From positions 256,001-320,000 of the forward strand of contig JBBCGK010000001.1 of NCBI GenBank assembly GCA_037200965.1: a stretch of DNA of 64,000 nucleotides. The letters run 5' to 3'. The translations under genes were made by a program, and so were the position numbers. Under the pieces are notes generated by a model that saw only the letters and a list, made by a program, of their open reading frames with translations, was not told the DNA's origin and did not search any database. This document shows, piece by piece, positions 27,610 through 37,183 of this stretch; position 1 is the stretch's first letter, and each line of letters begins with the position of its first letter. This DNA comes from a bacterium (lineage in GTDB: Bacteria > Patescibacteriota > Minisyncoccia > Phycocordibacterales > Phycocordibacteraceae).

Positions 27610-28533
27610 ATGCACGACCTCATCATCATCGGCGGCGGACCCGCCGGAGTCTCCGCGGGAGTATACGCGGCGAGAAAGCAGCTCAAGACCGTGCTTGTGA
27701 CCGAAGAGATCGGCGGACAAAGCACCGTGTCGGAAGGCATCGAGAACTGGATCGGTACGGTGAAGATCCCGGGCGTGGAACTCGCGAAATCTTTCAAGAC
27801 GCATCTTGAAGCGTACAAGCGCGATCTCGTCGGGATAGTCGAGGGAGAACGGGTCGCCGGCCTCAAAAAGATCGAGGGAGGATTCGAATGTTCGACCAAG
27901 AACGGCGCATACCAGGCGCGCGCGGTCCTCATCGCCTCCGGCGCCGCGCGGAGAAAGCTTGATATTCCGGGGGCGGACAAGTTCGAGAACAAAGGCGTCA
28001 CGTACTGCGCGTCCTGCGACGGGCCGCTTTTTGCCGGAGCCGATGTGGCCGTCGTCGGGGGCGGAAACGCGGGCTTCGAGACCGCGGCGCAACTTCTCGC
28101 GTACGCGAAGTCCGTTACCCTTCTCCACCGCAGAAACGACTTCAAGGCCGACCCGGTCACGGTCGAGGCCGTCCTCAAACATCCGAACATGAAAGCCCTT
28201 ACGGGCGTCGAGCCGACGGAAGTCATGGGCGATAAGTTCGTCGCCGGGCTCAGATACCGGGACATCGCAAGCGGCGAAGAGAAAGAGCTCGCAGTCTCCG
28301 GCGTATTCGCCGAGATCGGCGTGATGCCGAACACGGATTTCGCGAAGGATGCGGTCACGCTTGATGAGGTCGGGCGCGTGAAGACCGACCCCAGGAATCA
28401 GCGCACGTCCGCCGAGGGTATCTGGGCCGCGGGAGACGTGACCGACGAGCTGTACCATCAGAACAACATCGCCGCGGGAGACGGCGTGAAGGCGCTCGAA
28501 GACATCTACGTCTGGCTCAAGACCCGCCGGTAA
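27610..28533 (+). CDS. trxB: Thioredoxin-disulfide reductase
   Basis: IIGGGPAG FAD motif, redox-active CASCDG, and VVGGGNAG NADPH motif. Confidence 0.9.
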   Translation: MHDLIIIGGGPAGVSAGVYAARKQLKTVLVTEEIGGQSTVSEGIENWIGTVKIPGVELAKSFKTHLEAYKRDLVGIVEGERVAGLKKIEGGFECSTKNGAYQARAVLIASGAARRKLDIPGADKFENKGVTYCASCDGPLFAGADVAVVGGGNAGFETAAQLLAYAKSVTLLHRRNDFKADPVTVEAVLKHPNMKALTGVEPTEVMGDKFVAGLRYRDIASGEEKELAVSGVFAEIGVMPNTDFAKDAVTLDEVGRVKTDPRNQRTSAEGIWAAGDVTDELYHQNNIAAGDGVKALEDIYVWLKTRR

Positions 28534-28542
28534 ATCCTCTTT

Positions 28543-29043
28543 CTACAACACCCTTCTCGCCTTAAGTTCCTGGAACAATGTCACCGACCGCTCGAGCCCG
28601 GAAATCTTGAGGGCATCCACGTCCTGCGACGCGGTTAATCTCTTTATCGCGATATAGGCAAAATCCTGCGGTACGCGTTTCTCGAGCTTCTTCCCGACAA
28701 GCAGCGTCTTGACCTGGCTGTCGTCGCGATAGAACCTTCCCTTCAGGAGGTCGAGTACCGTCTTGCTCATATTGTCTATATCGCGCCGTCCGTATTCTTT
28801 CTCTCCCGCGAAATACTGGATGACGAAAATGAACACTTCGCCGTCGGTCGGGAACATCTCGTTTTTCACAAGCCGGGAGTCGAGCTCCGAACCTATGATC
28901 GTCTTGAAAACGCTCAGAGACTCTTTTTCCGCTTTTCGCATAGCCGCGTCAAACCCGCTCCGGTATGCTTCCTGCGTTGCGGGAATGATCTTGCCTATGC
29001 CAAAATCGAAATCTATGGAAGTGAGCGGAAGATTTTTCGGCAT
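28543..29043 (-). CDS. RusA-family Holliday-junction resolvase (crossover junction endodeoxyribonuclease RusA-like) with an N-terminal extension
   Basis: YGRRDIDNMSKTVLDLLKGRFYRDDSQVKTLLVGKK matches the RusA catalytic-region pattern (D.DN..K...DaL....DDsqV). Confidence 0.6.
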   Translation of the reverse strand: MPKNLPLTSIDFDFGIGKIIPATQEAYRSGFDAAMRKAEKESLSVFKTIIGSELDSRLVKNEMFPTDGEVFIFVIQYFAGEKEYGRRDIDNMSKTVLDLLKGRFYRDDSQVKTLLVGKKLEKRVPQDFAYIAIKRLTASQDVDALKISGLERSVTLFQELKARRVL

Positions 29044-29045
29044 TT

Positions 29046-29216
29046 TCACTTCTTCTTCGCCTTCGCAAAGAACCGGACACCCTCCTTCGTCTTCACTTTC
29101 TGTACGGCAGCAAACGCGACAGGCTTCCCTTGTTTGGTATAGAAATTAACCACGACCGGCTCCTGCCGGGTCTTGGTCGCGATAAAGAAAACCGGGATTT
29201 TAGCGGCAACTGCCAT
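29046..29216 (-). CDS. Small basic hypothetical protein (about 56 aa) directly upstream of rusA and probably co-transcribed with it. Boundaries uncertain.
   Basis: MAVAAKIPVFFIATKTRQEPVVVNFYTKQGKPVAFAAVQKVKTKEGVRFFAKAKKK. The stop lies 2 nt before the rusA start. Confidence 0.3.
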   Translation of the reverse strand: MAVAAKIPVFFIATKTRQEPVVVNFYTKQGKPVAFAAVQKVKTKEGVRFFAKAKKK

Positions 29217-29319
29217 ATATGCAGGAAAGTATATCACATGCGGCGAACTCGCGAACGCGATTCTTGCGGTACGGTACGAGCCGTCACGTTTCTTGACCGG
29301 ATGCAAGATATAGCGTACA

Positions 29320-30942
29320 TTGTGCGTATTACGATCTATGGATAGATTCGGCTTCTTCTCGAATATTCGAGCTTTCTTTTTGCGCGTCGCGCGCGGCCTT
29401 CGCGCGCTCTGGACGCGCTTCCGCTCCCTCAAGCTCTGGCAGCAGGGGGCGATCGTCCTTGCGATAGTAGTGCTGATATTCGCGGGGCTTAGGCTCACGC
29501 ACGGGGATGCGCCCGCAAGCGCATCCGACTCAGTCCGCACCGTGACGCTCGCGTCAGTCGCGGAACTTTCGGGCGGCGGAGACTCGAGAAGCATTATCGG
29601 CAGCGTGCGCTCGGTCACCGAAGCCGACGTGCTTTCGCAGGCCGGAGGCACGATACGGGCGGTGCACACGTCGGTCGGCGCGTCCGTTCCGGCGGGCTTC
29701 GTGATCGCCGAGATCGAAAACGCGAGCGAACGCGCAAGCGTTCTTTCGGCGGAAGGCGCGTATGACGCGGCGGTCGCCGGACGCTCCATCACCGCGCTCC
29801 AGGCCGGAAACTCAGCCACCTCGTTTGAGGAAGCGAAGACGAGCGCGCGCGATACCTATCGGAGCGCCTATACCACGGTCGACACCGTCCTTACGACCAA
29901 GGTAGACCTGTTCTTCGGCGCCCCAAGCGCCTATGGTCCGCGCCTTTTGATCAACAGCATGGATTTGCAGGCTCTCTCCCGCAGGCGCGCCACCATCGAC
30001 GACATGGCGGGGCTATGGAAAACGCACCTCGCGGCGGCGGACAATACCGATCCCGAAGCGCTCCTTTCGGAAACGGACCGGGTGACCGGGACGCTGTCGG
30101 AATTCCTCGCGGATCTTGCGAGTGCCGCAAACGAGCGCGACTCGGGCGCGACCGCAGATCAGCTCGCGGCGCTCGCTTCCGCGCGCGCGAACGTCGACGG
30201 GCTGCGCGCGGCGCTTTCCGCCGCGCGCGACGCATACCGCGCGAAAGCGACGGCGGCCCAGGTCGGCGCCGAACAGTCGGTCTCGACCGGCGCGCAGACC
30301 GCGAGTGCCGACGCGGGCGTGAAGCAGGCGCTCGGGGCGCTCCGGCTCGCGCAGGCGAATCTCGAGAAGACGATCATCCGCGCTCCGATAGGCGGAACCG
30401 TAAACTTCCTGCCGGTGCGGGTCGGCGACTACGTCACCGCCCTCACCCACGTCGCGACCGTGGCACAAAACGGTGCGCTCGAGATCGTCGCCTATGTCTC
30501 GGAAGACGACCGCGCGTCGCTTGCGGTCGGCAACTCCGTGACCGTCGAAGATTCCTATACGGGAACCGTCACTTCGATCTCCCCCGCCCTTGATCCCGTG
30601 ACCAAGCAGATCGAGGTGCATGTCGGCGTCACGGGCGGCGCGAAGCTCGTGAACGGCCAGTCGGTCCGCATCGGCTTCCCCGCGCTTGCAAAGCCCTCTC
30701 TAGAGAGCGCGAAGACCCTGTCGCTTCCGCTTGCGGCCGTGAAGCTGCGCACCGATTCCCGCGTCGTCTTCGGCGTCGGCGAAGACGGGCGGCTCATCGC
30801 GCACCAGGTCGAAATAGGCGCGGTTGCGGGAGACCGCATCGAGATAACGACGCCGCTTCCCGCGGATCTCAGGATCGTCACCGACGCGCGCGGGCTCTCC
30901 GAAGGCGAGAAGGTGAACGTCGCTGTAACCGGCGCGCCCTAA
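29320..30942 (+). CDS. Efflux RND periplasmic adaptor (membrane fusion protein, HlyD family)
   Basis: N-terminal TM helix, long coiled-coil region, then a beta-barrel and MP domain (IRAPIGGTVNFLPVRVGDYV...). Followed 5 nt later by the RND pump. Confidence 0.75.
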   Translation: MCVLRSMDRFGFFSNIRAFFLRVARGLRALWTRFRSLKLWQQGAIVLAIVVLIFAGLRLTHGDAPASASDSVRTVTLASVAELSGGGDSRSIIGSVRSVTEADVLSQAGGTIRAVHTSVGASVPAGFVIAEIENASERASVLSAEGAYDAAVAGRSITALQAGNSATSFEEAKTSARDTYRSAYTTVDTVLTTKVDLFFGAPSAYGPRLLINSMDLQALSRRRATIDDMAGLWKTHLAAADNTDPEALLSETDRVTGTLSEFLADLASAANERDSGATADQLAALASARANVDGLRAALSAARDAYRAKATAAQVGAEQSVSTGAQTASADAGVKQALGALRLAQANLEKTIIRAPIGGTVNFLPVRVGDYVTALTHVATVAQNGALEIVAYVSEDDRASLAVGNSVTVEDSYTGTVTSISPALDPVTKQIEVHVGVTGGAKLVNGQSVRIGFPALAKPSLESAKTLSLPLAAVKLRTDSRVVFGVGEDGRLIAHQVEIGAVAGDRIEITTPLPADLRIVTDARGLSEGEKVNVAVTGAP

Positions 30943-30947
30943 CGCGC

Positions 30948-33900
30948 ATGACGGGATTCTGGAAATTCTTCCTGGATAAGCGGCAGTTCACGCTGCTCCT
31001 CATTTTCGTACTCATACTCGGCGGCATCTATGCCGCCGTCCGCATTCCGAAGGAATCGGCGCCGGAGGTCCAGATACCGGTCGGCATCGTGACTACCATT
31101 CTTCCCGGGGCCTCCGCCGAGGATACCGAACGGCTCGTGACCAACAAGATCGAGGACAGCGTGCTTGGCATCGAGCGCGTCTCCAAGGTCACTTCGACCT
31201 CGGGCGCCGGGCTCTCCTCGGTCACGGTCGAGTTCGACGCCTCCGCCGATATCGACAAGTCCATCCAGCTCCTCAAGGACGCGGTCGACAAGGCGAAGCC
31301 CGATCTTCCGGCCGAAGTCGAGGATCCGAGCGTCACGGACGTGAATTTCGCCGACCAGCCGATCCTGATCGCATCCGTCTCGGGCGACCTCGCGCCTGCC
31401 GAACTCACGACCCTTGGCGAGACGCTCAAGGACGAGCTTTCCCGCGTCTCCGGAGTTTCCCGCGTCGCGCTTTCGGGTACCAGGGCGCGCGAGGTGCAGG
31501 TCGTGGTCGAGCAGGCGAAGCTCCGGCAGTACGGCCTTTCGCTCTCCGATGTCACAAACGCGATCCGGGCGTCCGGCATCGCTTCCCCGATCGGCTCGAT
31601 CACGGTGCGGGGCGTCGAATACTCGGTGCGTCTTGAGGCCGGCATCACGGACACATCGGCGGTCGAGGGCGTCGCGTTTTCCGGTCCCGGCGGGACGCCG
31701 CTTCACGTGCGCGATGTCGCCCGCGTCGTCGATGGGCTCGAGAACCCCTCGACCTTTTCCCGCGTCTCAAGCGCCGGGAGTCCTTCCGCGCCCGCGCTCA
31801 CCGTTTCCGTCTTCAAGAGCCGCGGCGGCAATATTCTCGCGACCGGAAGCGCGGTGAAGGAGAAGCTCGCGGCGCTTGAGTCCTCGACGCTCTCAGGCAC
31901 CAAGACCGTGATCACGTACGACGCGGCGCACGACGTGCAGAAGGACCTTACCGAACTCACGCGTACCGGCATCGAGACCGTGATCCTCGTCATGCTCATG
32001 CTCTTCGCGACGCTCGGGTGGCGGGAATCCCTGGTTGCCGCCGTCTCGATCCCGCTTTCTTTCCTCATTTCCTTCATCGGCATGGCGGCGGCCGGAAACA
32101 CGATCAACTTCGTCTCCCTCTTCGCGCTTATCCTCGCGATCGGCATTCTGGTCGACTCCGGCATCGTCGTCGTCGAGGCTATCCATACGCGTCTCATCAA
32201 GTCCGGAAGCCGCATGCAGGCGGCGGTCGCGGCGATCCGCGAGTATGCGTGGCCCCTTATCGCAGGCACCATGACCACGGTCGCCGTGTTCATCCCCCTC
32301 TTCTTCCTCTCCGGCGTCACGGGCAAGTTCATCGCGTCGATCCCTTTCACGGTTATCTTCGTCCTTCTCGCGAGCATCTTCGTCGCGCTTGGCATCGTGC
32401 CCCTTCTCGCGACATTCCTCGTGAAGCCGGAGCTGTCGCCCCTGGAGGCGGCGCAGGAGCGCTATAACGAGGCGGCAAAGCGCTGGTACGAAGGGTTTCT
32501 CCGCCGGATTCTCGGGAACCGCAAGTACGAGAACCGCTTCATCGCGGCCATGATCGGCCTCTTTATTGTCGCGCTTCTCCTTCCGATGTTCGGAGCGGTG
32601 AAGGTCATCTTCTTCCCCGGAAGCGACTCGGATCTCGTCTATCTCTCGGTCGAGCTGCCGCAGGGAAGCGAGCTCGCCGCGACCGACCTCTCGGTTCGCG
32701 AAGTGGAGGAGATCCTCTACAAGGACCCGAACATCGCGTCGTTCGTGACCGAGGTCGGGTCGGGCTCCTATTTCGCGGGCGGCGGGTCGGGCGCGAAGCT
32801 CGCGAACATTTCCATAAATCTCAAGACCCCGCGGGATAAGTCGAGCGACGAGATACTCGAGGATCTCCGGAAGGAGCTCGCGCCGGTCACCTCCGCCAAG
32901 GTCACCGTCTCAAGCCCCGAAGGCGGGCCGCCGACCGGAACTCCGGTCGTGATCACCTTCTCCGGGAACGACCTTGCCGCGCTTACGACCGCGACCGAAG
33001 CGGCGGAGCGCGTGCTCGCGGATATTCCGGGCGCGACCAATGTGACGACGAGCACCAAAGACGACAGCGCCGAGTTCATCCTCTCGCTCGACACGGCGAA
33101 GGCCGCCGAGCTTGGCGTCTCTCCCGCGGTCGTTGCCGATACCCTCCGCACCGCCCTCTACGGCGCGAAAGCGACCGAAATCCGTACCGGAAAGGACGAT
33201 ATCGAGGTGCGCACGCTCCTTAACCTCAACCCTTCCTATAAAGACCCGAGTGAGACCACGCACGTCACCATCGACGCGGTGCGGGGGCTTTCCGTACCGG
33301 GTGCCAAAGGTCCCGTGCTCCTCTCGACTATCGCTTCGGTCGATTTCGCGGCCGCGCACGCGGCCATACGGCATGAGGACGGCACGCGCGTGACGACGCT
33401 CGGGAGCGAGCTTCGCGCAAGTGCGACCGCCGCCGACGTGTCGACCGAATTCGAGAAGCGCATGCAGGGCGTCGACCTTCCAGCGGGCGTCACGATGAAG
33501 ATCGGCGGCGAGAACGAGGATGTCGACCAGTCGTTCGCCGAGATGTTCATCGCGCTTCTCGCGGGCGTGGCGCTCATGCTCGCCATCCTCGTCCTCGAGT
33601 TCAATTCGTTCCGCCACGCGCTCTATCTCCTTTCCGTCATCCCGCTCTCGCTCATCGGCGTACTCGGAGGCCTCGCGCTCACCGGCTCCCCGCTTTCCTT
33701 CCCTTCCCTTCTCGGCGTTATCGCGCTTGCGGGCGTGATCATAAACCACGCCATCATTCTCATGGACTCGGTCGCCCGCATCGGACGGGAAAGCCCCGAG
33801 CATTCGCTCCAGGAGGTCGTCATCGAAGCCGCGTCCTCGCGCTTCCGCCCCATTATCCTCACGACCGTCGTGACCGTGGTCGGCATGATCCCGCTCTCCT

Positions 33901-34046
33901 TCGCCTCCGCGCTTTGGGGGCCGCTCGCCTTCGCGATCATGTTCGGACTTTCCTTCTCCATGATCCTCACGCTCGTCCTCATCCCCGTCCTCTATCACCG
34001 CTGGCCAGGGAGAGAGGTACGCGAGCGGTACGCCGCCCGGGGTTAG
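30948..34046 (+). CDS. RND efflux transporter permease subunit (AcrB/AcrD/AcrF family)
   Basis: 1032 aa; 12-TM architecture with two large periplasmic loops; conserved TM4 region LILAIGILVDSGIVVVE. A terminator lies at 34090-34130. Confidence 0.9.
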   Translation: MTGFWKFFLDKRQFTLLLIFVLILGGIYAAVRIPKESAPEVQIPVGIVTTILPGASAEDTERLVTNKIEDSVLGIERVSKVTSTSGAGLSSVTVEFDASADIDKSIQLLKDAVDKAKPDLPAEVEDPSVTDVNFADQPILIASVSGDLAPAELTTLGETLKDELSRVSGVSRVALSGTRAREVQVVVEQAKLRQYGLSLSDVTNAIRASGIASPIGSITVRGVEYSVRLEAGITDTSAVEGVAFSGPGGTPLHVRDVARVVDGLENPSTFSRVSSAGSPSAPALTVSVFKSRGGNILATGSAVKEKLAALESSTLSGTKTVITYDAAHDVQKDLTELTRTGIETVILVMLMLFATLGWRESLVAAVSIPLSFLISFIGMAAAGNTINFVSLFALILAIGILVDSGIVVVEAIHTRLIKSGSRMQAAVAAIREYAWPLIAGTMTTVAVFIPLFFLSGVTGKFIASIPFTVIFVLLASIFVALGIVPLLATFLVKPELSPLEAAQERYNEAAKRWYEGFLRRILGNRKYENRFIAAMIGLFIVALLLPMFGAVKVIFFPGSDSDLVYLSVELPQGSELAATDLSVREVEEILYKDPNIASFVTEVGSGSYFAGGGSGAKLANISINLKTPRDKSSDEILEDLRKELAPVTSAKVTVSSPEGGPPTGTPVVITFSGNDLAALTTATEAAERVLADIPGATNVTTSTKDDSAEFILSLDTAKAAELGVSPAVVADTLRTALYGAKATEIRTGKDDIEVRTLLNLNPSYKDPSETTHVTIDAVRGLSVPGAKGPVLLSTIASVDFAAAHAAIRHEDGTRVTTLGSELRASATAADVSTEFEKRMQGVDLPAGVTMKIGGENEDVDQSFAEMFIALLAGVALMLAILVLEFNSFRHALYLLSVIPLSLIGVLGGLALTGSPLSFPSLLGVIALAGVIINHAIILMDSVARIGRESPEHSLQEVVIEAASSRFRPIILTTVVTVVGMIPLSFASALWGPLAFAIMFGLSFSMILTLVLIPVLYHRWPGREVRERYAARG

Positions 34047-34133
34047 GGACGAACGCTATTGACGGCACACGCAGGGGGTGTATAGTGCATGCACTACACC
34101 TGAGCGGCATCCTAAACGGGTGCCGCTCGCTGT

Positions 34134-34757
34134 TTATCTCATTCGCAAACGCTCCCGCAGATATTCGAAGTCGCGAAAGTTACTTCCGGCAAATTGTTTG
34201 AGTTCTTTTGCCGTGCGGGGCCCGCGGGAAAGCACCAGCACTTCTTTCCCTCGCTCCTTAAGATGCTTCAAGACCGGCAGGAAATCACCGTCACCGGAAA
34301 GAATTAGCGCGCGATCCAGAGATTCTTCTTCCTTCATGAGACGGAATGTCATGTCCACATCGCAGTTGGCTTTACGGCGCGTGCTGCCGTCTTCCTGTTC
34401 GTATGACTTCACTGGCTTGAGGAAGAGCGTATAGCCGAATTCTTCGAGTTTCCGATAGAACCGCACGCGCTTGAGATGTCGATTGATCAGGACAATATTG
34501 GCATCATCTAATATATCCGCTCCGTCTTTGAGCAAACCGATGAGATAGTTCTCCAGCGCCGTTATCGGAACGGTCTCGGCAGCCAGATAATCATAAGGAA
34601 AGTTATGCAGTTCGACGCCGCCGAAATAGTGCGCTTGAATGACTCCGTACTTCTCTTTCAGATAGGCCAGGAGCTTTTCATAGTCTATTTTCCACCCCAA
34701 GCTCTTCTCTCCTCCATAGAAGAGGTTCGAGGCATCAATGAATGCAATGCTTCGCAT
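34134..34757 (-). CDS. NYN-domain (LabA-like, PIN-related) protein
   Basis: AFIDASNLFY...CDVDM...LILSGDGDF..VL..L...GKEVLV. Confidence 0.7.
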   Translation of the reverse strand: MRSIAFIDASNLFYGGEKSLGWKIDYEKLLAYLKEKYGVIQAHYFGGVELHNFPYDYLAAETVPITALENYLIGLLKDGADILDDANIVLINRHLKRVRFYRKLEEFGYTLFLKPVKSYEQEDGSTRRKANCDVDMTFRLMKEEESLDRALILSGDGDFLPVLKHLKERGKEVLVLSRGPRTAKELKQFAGSNFRDFEYLRERLRMR

Positions 34758-34881
34758 GCGCCCATTTTATCACTCATGATGTTTCCACACCCCGCATGAC
34801 GCACGTCGCGGCATAACAAGAATAAACGAAGGGCCATGCGCTGCGCATGGCCCTTCGTTTTGCGAGTGATTACCCTGGCGG

Positions 34882-35019
34882 CTAGAGATTGTCAGCCGCT
34901 TTATCCGCCTCTTTCTGCGCGTCGTCGGCGTGCTCCTGTTTCCCCGCAGCTTCGCGCTCGTCGCCCGCCTGTTCCTCGTGTTCTTGCGCGCGTTCGTTCA
35001 AGTTATCTGCATCAGCCAT
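34882..35019 (-). CDS. Small acidic ORF (45 aa); not in the ORF track. Low confidence.
   Basis: MADADNLNERAQEHEEQAGDEREAAGKQEHADDAQKEADKAADNL. A hairpin plus T-tract follows immediately on the minus strand (34806-34850). Confidence 0.3.
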   Translation of the reverse strand: MADADNLNERAQEHEEQAGDEREAAGKQEHADDAQKEADKAADNL

Positions 35020-35074
35020 GGTGGTTGATCGGTTATGGGTACCAGTCCTTTATACCGGTCCCCTGCTGAAGCGA

Positions 35075-35419
35075 TTATGAAGGCGTATGGTGCGAGTGCC
35101 TGTGCTCCGCGCTTGCCTCGCCTTCCCCGGGCATCTTTCTTCCCTTGGCTTCGTAGTATCCCTCGAAATAGCCCTCGCGGTGCCCTTCGCGTGTCGCGAA
35201 CGTGTAGAGCGCATAGGCGAATATGAGGATGCCGATGAAGCTCGGGAACGCGGTCTGGAAGCACAGGATAAGCGCGATGCCGAGGATGCTGAGCGTAATA
35301 AGGACGGGGTTGCTGAGGATCCGCGGTCCCGCCCGCCACTCTTTGTACTCGCTCTCGAGCCGCTCGAATTCCTCGCCGCCGAGCCTTTTTAGATCGCTCA
35401 TTGTCTTATTCGTTTTCAT
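35075..35419 (-). CDS. Two-TM membrane protein, hypothetical
   Basis: Hydrophobic segments LITLSILGIALILCF and FIGILIFAYALYTF; charged termini. Confidence 0.45.
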   Translation of the reverse strand: MKTNKTMSDLKRLGGEEFERLESEYKEWRAGPRILSNPVLITLSILGIALILCFQTAFPSFIGILIFAYALYTFATREGHREGYFEGYYEAKGRKMPGEGEASAEHRHSHHTPS

Positions 35420-35448
35420 GGTGCGTGTTTGGTTAGTGACTTAAAGCG

Positions 35449-35778
35449 CTAGAACAGGACAAATGCGAGATTGACCGCGCACAAGACGATGCTGAAGAGG
35501 AGCGCCGCAAGAATCCCGTCCACCCTGAATCCCGGCACCACCATGGAGACGAGAAGTATGATGACCGCGTTTATGACAAGGGAGAAGAGCCCGAGCGTAA
35601 GGATGTTCACCGGAAGCGTAAGGAGGGTGAGGATGGGCTTGAGAAATATGTTCAGAAGCCCGAGCACGACCGCGACGATAAGCGCGGTTCCGAACCCCGC
35701 TACCGCGACTCCCGGAAGAAGGAACGCGGCGACGATAATGGCAAGGCCCGAAATGAGCCAGTGGATGAGTAGAAGCAT
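35449..35778 (-). CDS. YvlD/DUF360-family membrane protein (phage holin-4 superfamily)
   Basis: MLLLIHWLISGLAIIVAAFLLPGV...LNIFLKPILTLLTLPVNILTLGLFSLVINA pattern. Confidence 0.6.
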   Translation of the reverse strand: MLLLIHWLISGLAIIVAAFLLPGVAVAGFGTALIVAVVLGLLNIFLKPILTLLTLPVNILTLGLFSLVINAVIILLVSMVVPGFRVDGILAALLFSIVLCAVNLAFVLF

Positions 35779-36005
35779 GAATGGGTATTAGAAATAAGGA
35801 CGCGCGGAGCCGCGTGCGAGCAGCCCGTAGAACAAGAGTACGGAAATCAAAATAACGGCGATCTCAAGGGGAGATGATGGGGCGATAAACCGAAATCGGG
35901 AACTTGAACTACAAAACAAAGACCGCCCTGTCAGCAGAGTTTCCGAAAGGACGGACCCTGCGACAAGGCGGTTTATGGGCAGGAACGCCCGCGCAATACT
36001 CTCCG

Positions 36006-36440
36006 TCAGCGCAGGCGCTTCGCCAGGCCGATTGCAGCCTTGCGAACTTCCGGCGTCAAATTGAGATCGAGGAAGTCTCGATACGACACCCATTTTAACG
36101 CCGAATGCTCATCGCTGAGCTTTTTTATTCCGCCGACGAGTCGGCACACGCTAAACAACACAACATACGGCAGACCCTTGTACGCGCCGTCGCCGATAAC
36201 GTAGCTGTCTGCGAAGCATTGAAGCTCGACGGGGGTAACGAAATACCCCGTCTCTTCGATTACCTCGCGTTCCTGCGCATGAGCGATGTCTTGGCCTTGA
36301 TCGAGTTTGCCACCCGGACATTCCCAGAGGCCAGCGTGATGGCTCTCGTTGGCCGATCGTCGTATGGCGAGCAGTCTTCCGTCATGGCGCTTTACGAAAG
36401 CGCGGGTGACGAGGACCACGCGCGGACGTGGTGAGGGCAT
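36006..36440 (-). CDS. NUDIX hydrolase
   Basis: Nudix box GLWECPGGKLDQGQDIAHAQEREVIEETG. Confidence 0.8.
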   Translation of the reverse strand: MPSPRPRVVLVTRAFVKRHDGRLLAIRRSANESHHAGLWECPGGKLDQGQDIAHAQEREVIEETGYFVTPVELQCFADSYVIGDGAYKGLPYVVLFSVCRLVGGIKKLSDEHSALKWVSYRDFLDLNLTPEVRKAAIGLAKRLR

Positions 36441-36515
36441 GGTGCAAGCGTCCTTCGGCGCTGATTAGAACATCCCGCAATACAATGGCATAAGGATTAT
36501 ATAACGCAAGCGCTG

Positions 36516-36587
36516 TGACCCCGACGGGAATCGGACCCGTGTTTGGTCCTTGAAAGGGACCTGTCCTAACCATTAGACGACGGGGCC
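36516..36587 (-). tRNA. tRNA-Glu (anticodon TTC)
   Basis: The reverse complement gives ggccccg..D gtct/ggac..anticodon stem ggtcc/ggacc with loop ctTTCaa..T-arm acggg-tccgatt-cccgt..cggggtc+a. The T-loop is slightly unusual (TCCGATT). Confidence 0.65.
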
Positions 36588-36645
36588 GTCTTCTAACCTG
36601 CGTATCCTAGCATTTTACCGCCTAAATGCTAGAATCCTTGGCGTT

Positions 36646-36731
36646 GGAGGCGTCGGATAGTGGTTTATTCCAGCGGTTTCGAAAACCGCCATACCGCAAG
36701 GTATCGTGAGTTCGAATCTCACCGCCTCCGC
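36646..36731 (+). tRNA. tRNA-Ser (anticodon CGA), class II
   Basis: Acceptor ggaggcg/cgcctcc, anticodon stem gcggt/accgc with loop ttCGAaa, long variable arm, T-arm gtgagttcgaatctcac. Confidence 0.8.
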
Positions 36732-36871
36732 AAATCGAAGCGGGAAAGAAGTTGAAGAAGCCACAGGCGTATATTTCAAAGATAGAACGAGGCGAGCGCG
36801 GCGTTGATGCAGTCGAGCTCGCGGAGTTCGCAAAGGTTTACGGAAAACCGATGGATTATTTTATCAGGTAA
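36731..36871 (+). pseudogene. N-terminally truncated XRE-family (Cro/C1-type) HTH gene remnant abutting the tRNA-Ser 3' end
   Basis: The in-frame translation ...LKKPQAYISKIERGERGVDAVELAEFAKVYGKPMDYFIR* covers only helix 3 onward of an HTH_3 domain. No start codon or helix 1-2 precedes it. The frame runs into the tRNA. Confidence 0.5.
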
Positions 36872-36883
36872 CGTTTCATCATT

Positions 36884-37171
36884 ATGGAAGCAGAAGCACA
36901 AAAAGAGGTTTCAGAAAAGAAAAAATTTATAGATTTGAAACCGAACAAGCTTTCAATGGTTCTTCTTGCCGTGAGCGTAGTGGTTATATTTGTCTACGAC
37001 CACTCTGACGTTATTGGCTTGCTTGGTTTTCTGTTGGGCTGGCTGGTCGCCGTCATTTTTTTGGAAAGATTGGCTCGATTTATTTTCTCAAAGGTTTCTA
37101 GGGGGACTGCTCTCAACATCGCGCTGGTTGTGTATCTCATCATTTTCTTTCTCGTGCGCGGCGGCTTCTAA
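36884..37171 (+). CDS. Small membrane protein, hypothetical (AT-rich island)
   Basis: 95 aa, two TM helices; GC content markedly below the window average. Confidence 0.4.
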   Translation: MEAEAQKEVSEKKKFIDLKPNKLSMVLLAVSVVVIFVYDHSDVIGLLGFLLGWLVAVIFLERLARFIFSKVSRGTALNIALVVYLIIFFLVRGGF

Positions 37172-37183
37172 GGAAGTTCGCGC

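Noticed and set aside
31028-33998. Minus-strand ORFs of 200-360 aa inside the RND pump gene
   Set aside because: Antisense artefacts; the plus-strand AcrB-family ORF is complete and motif-rich.
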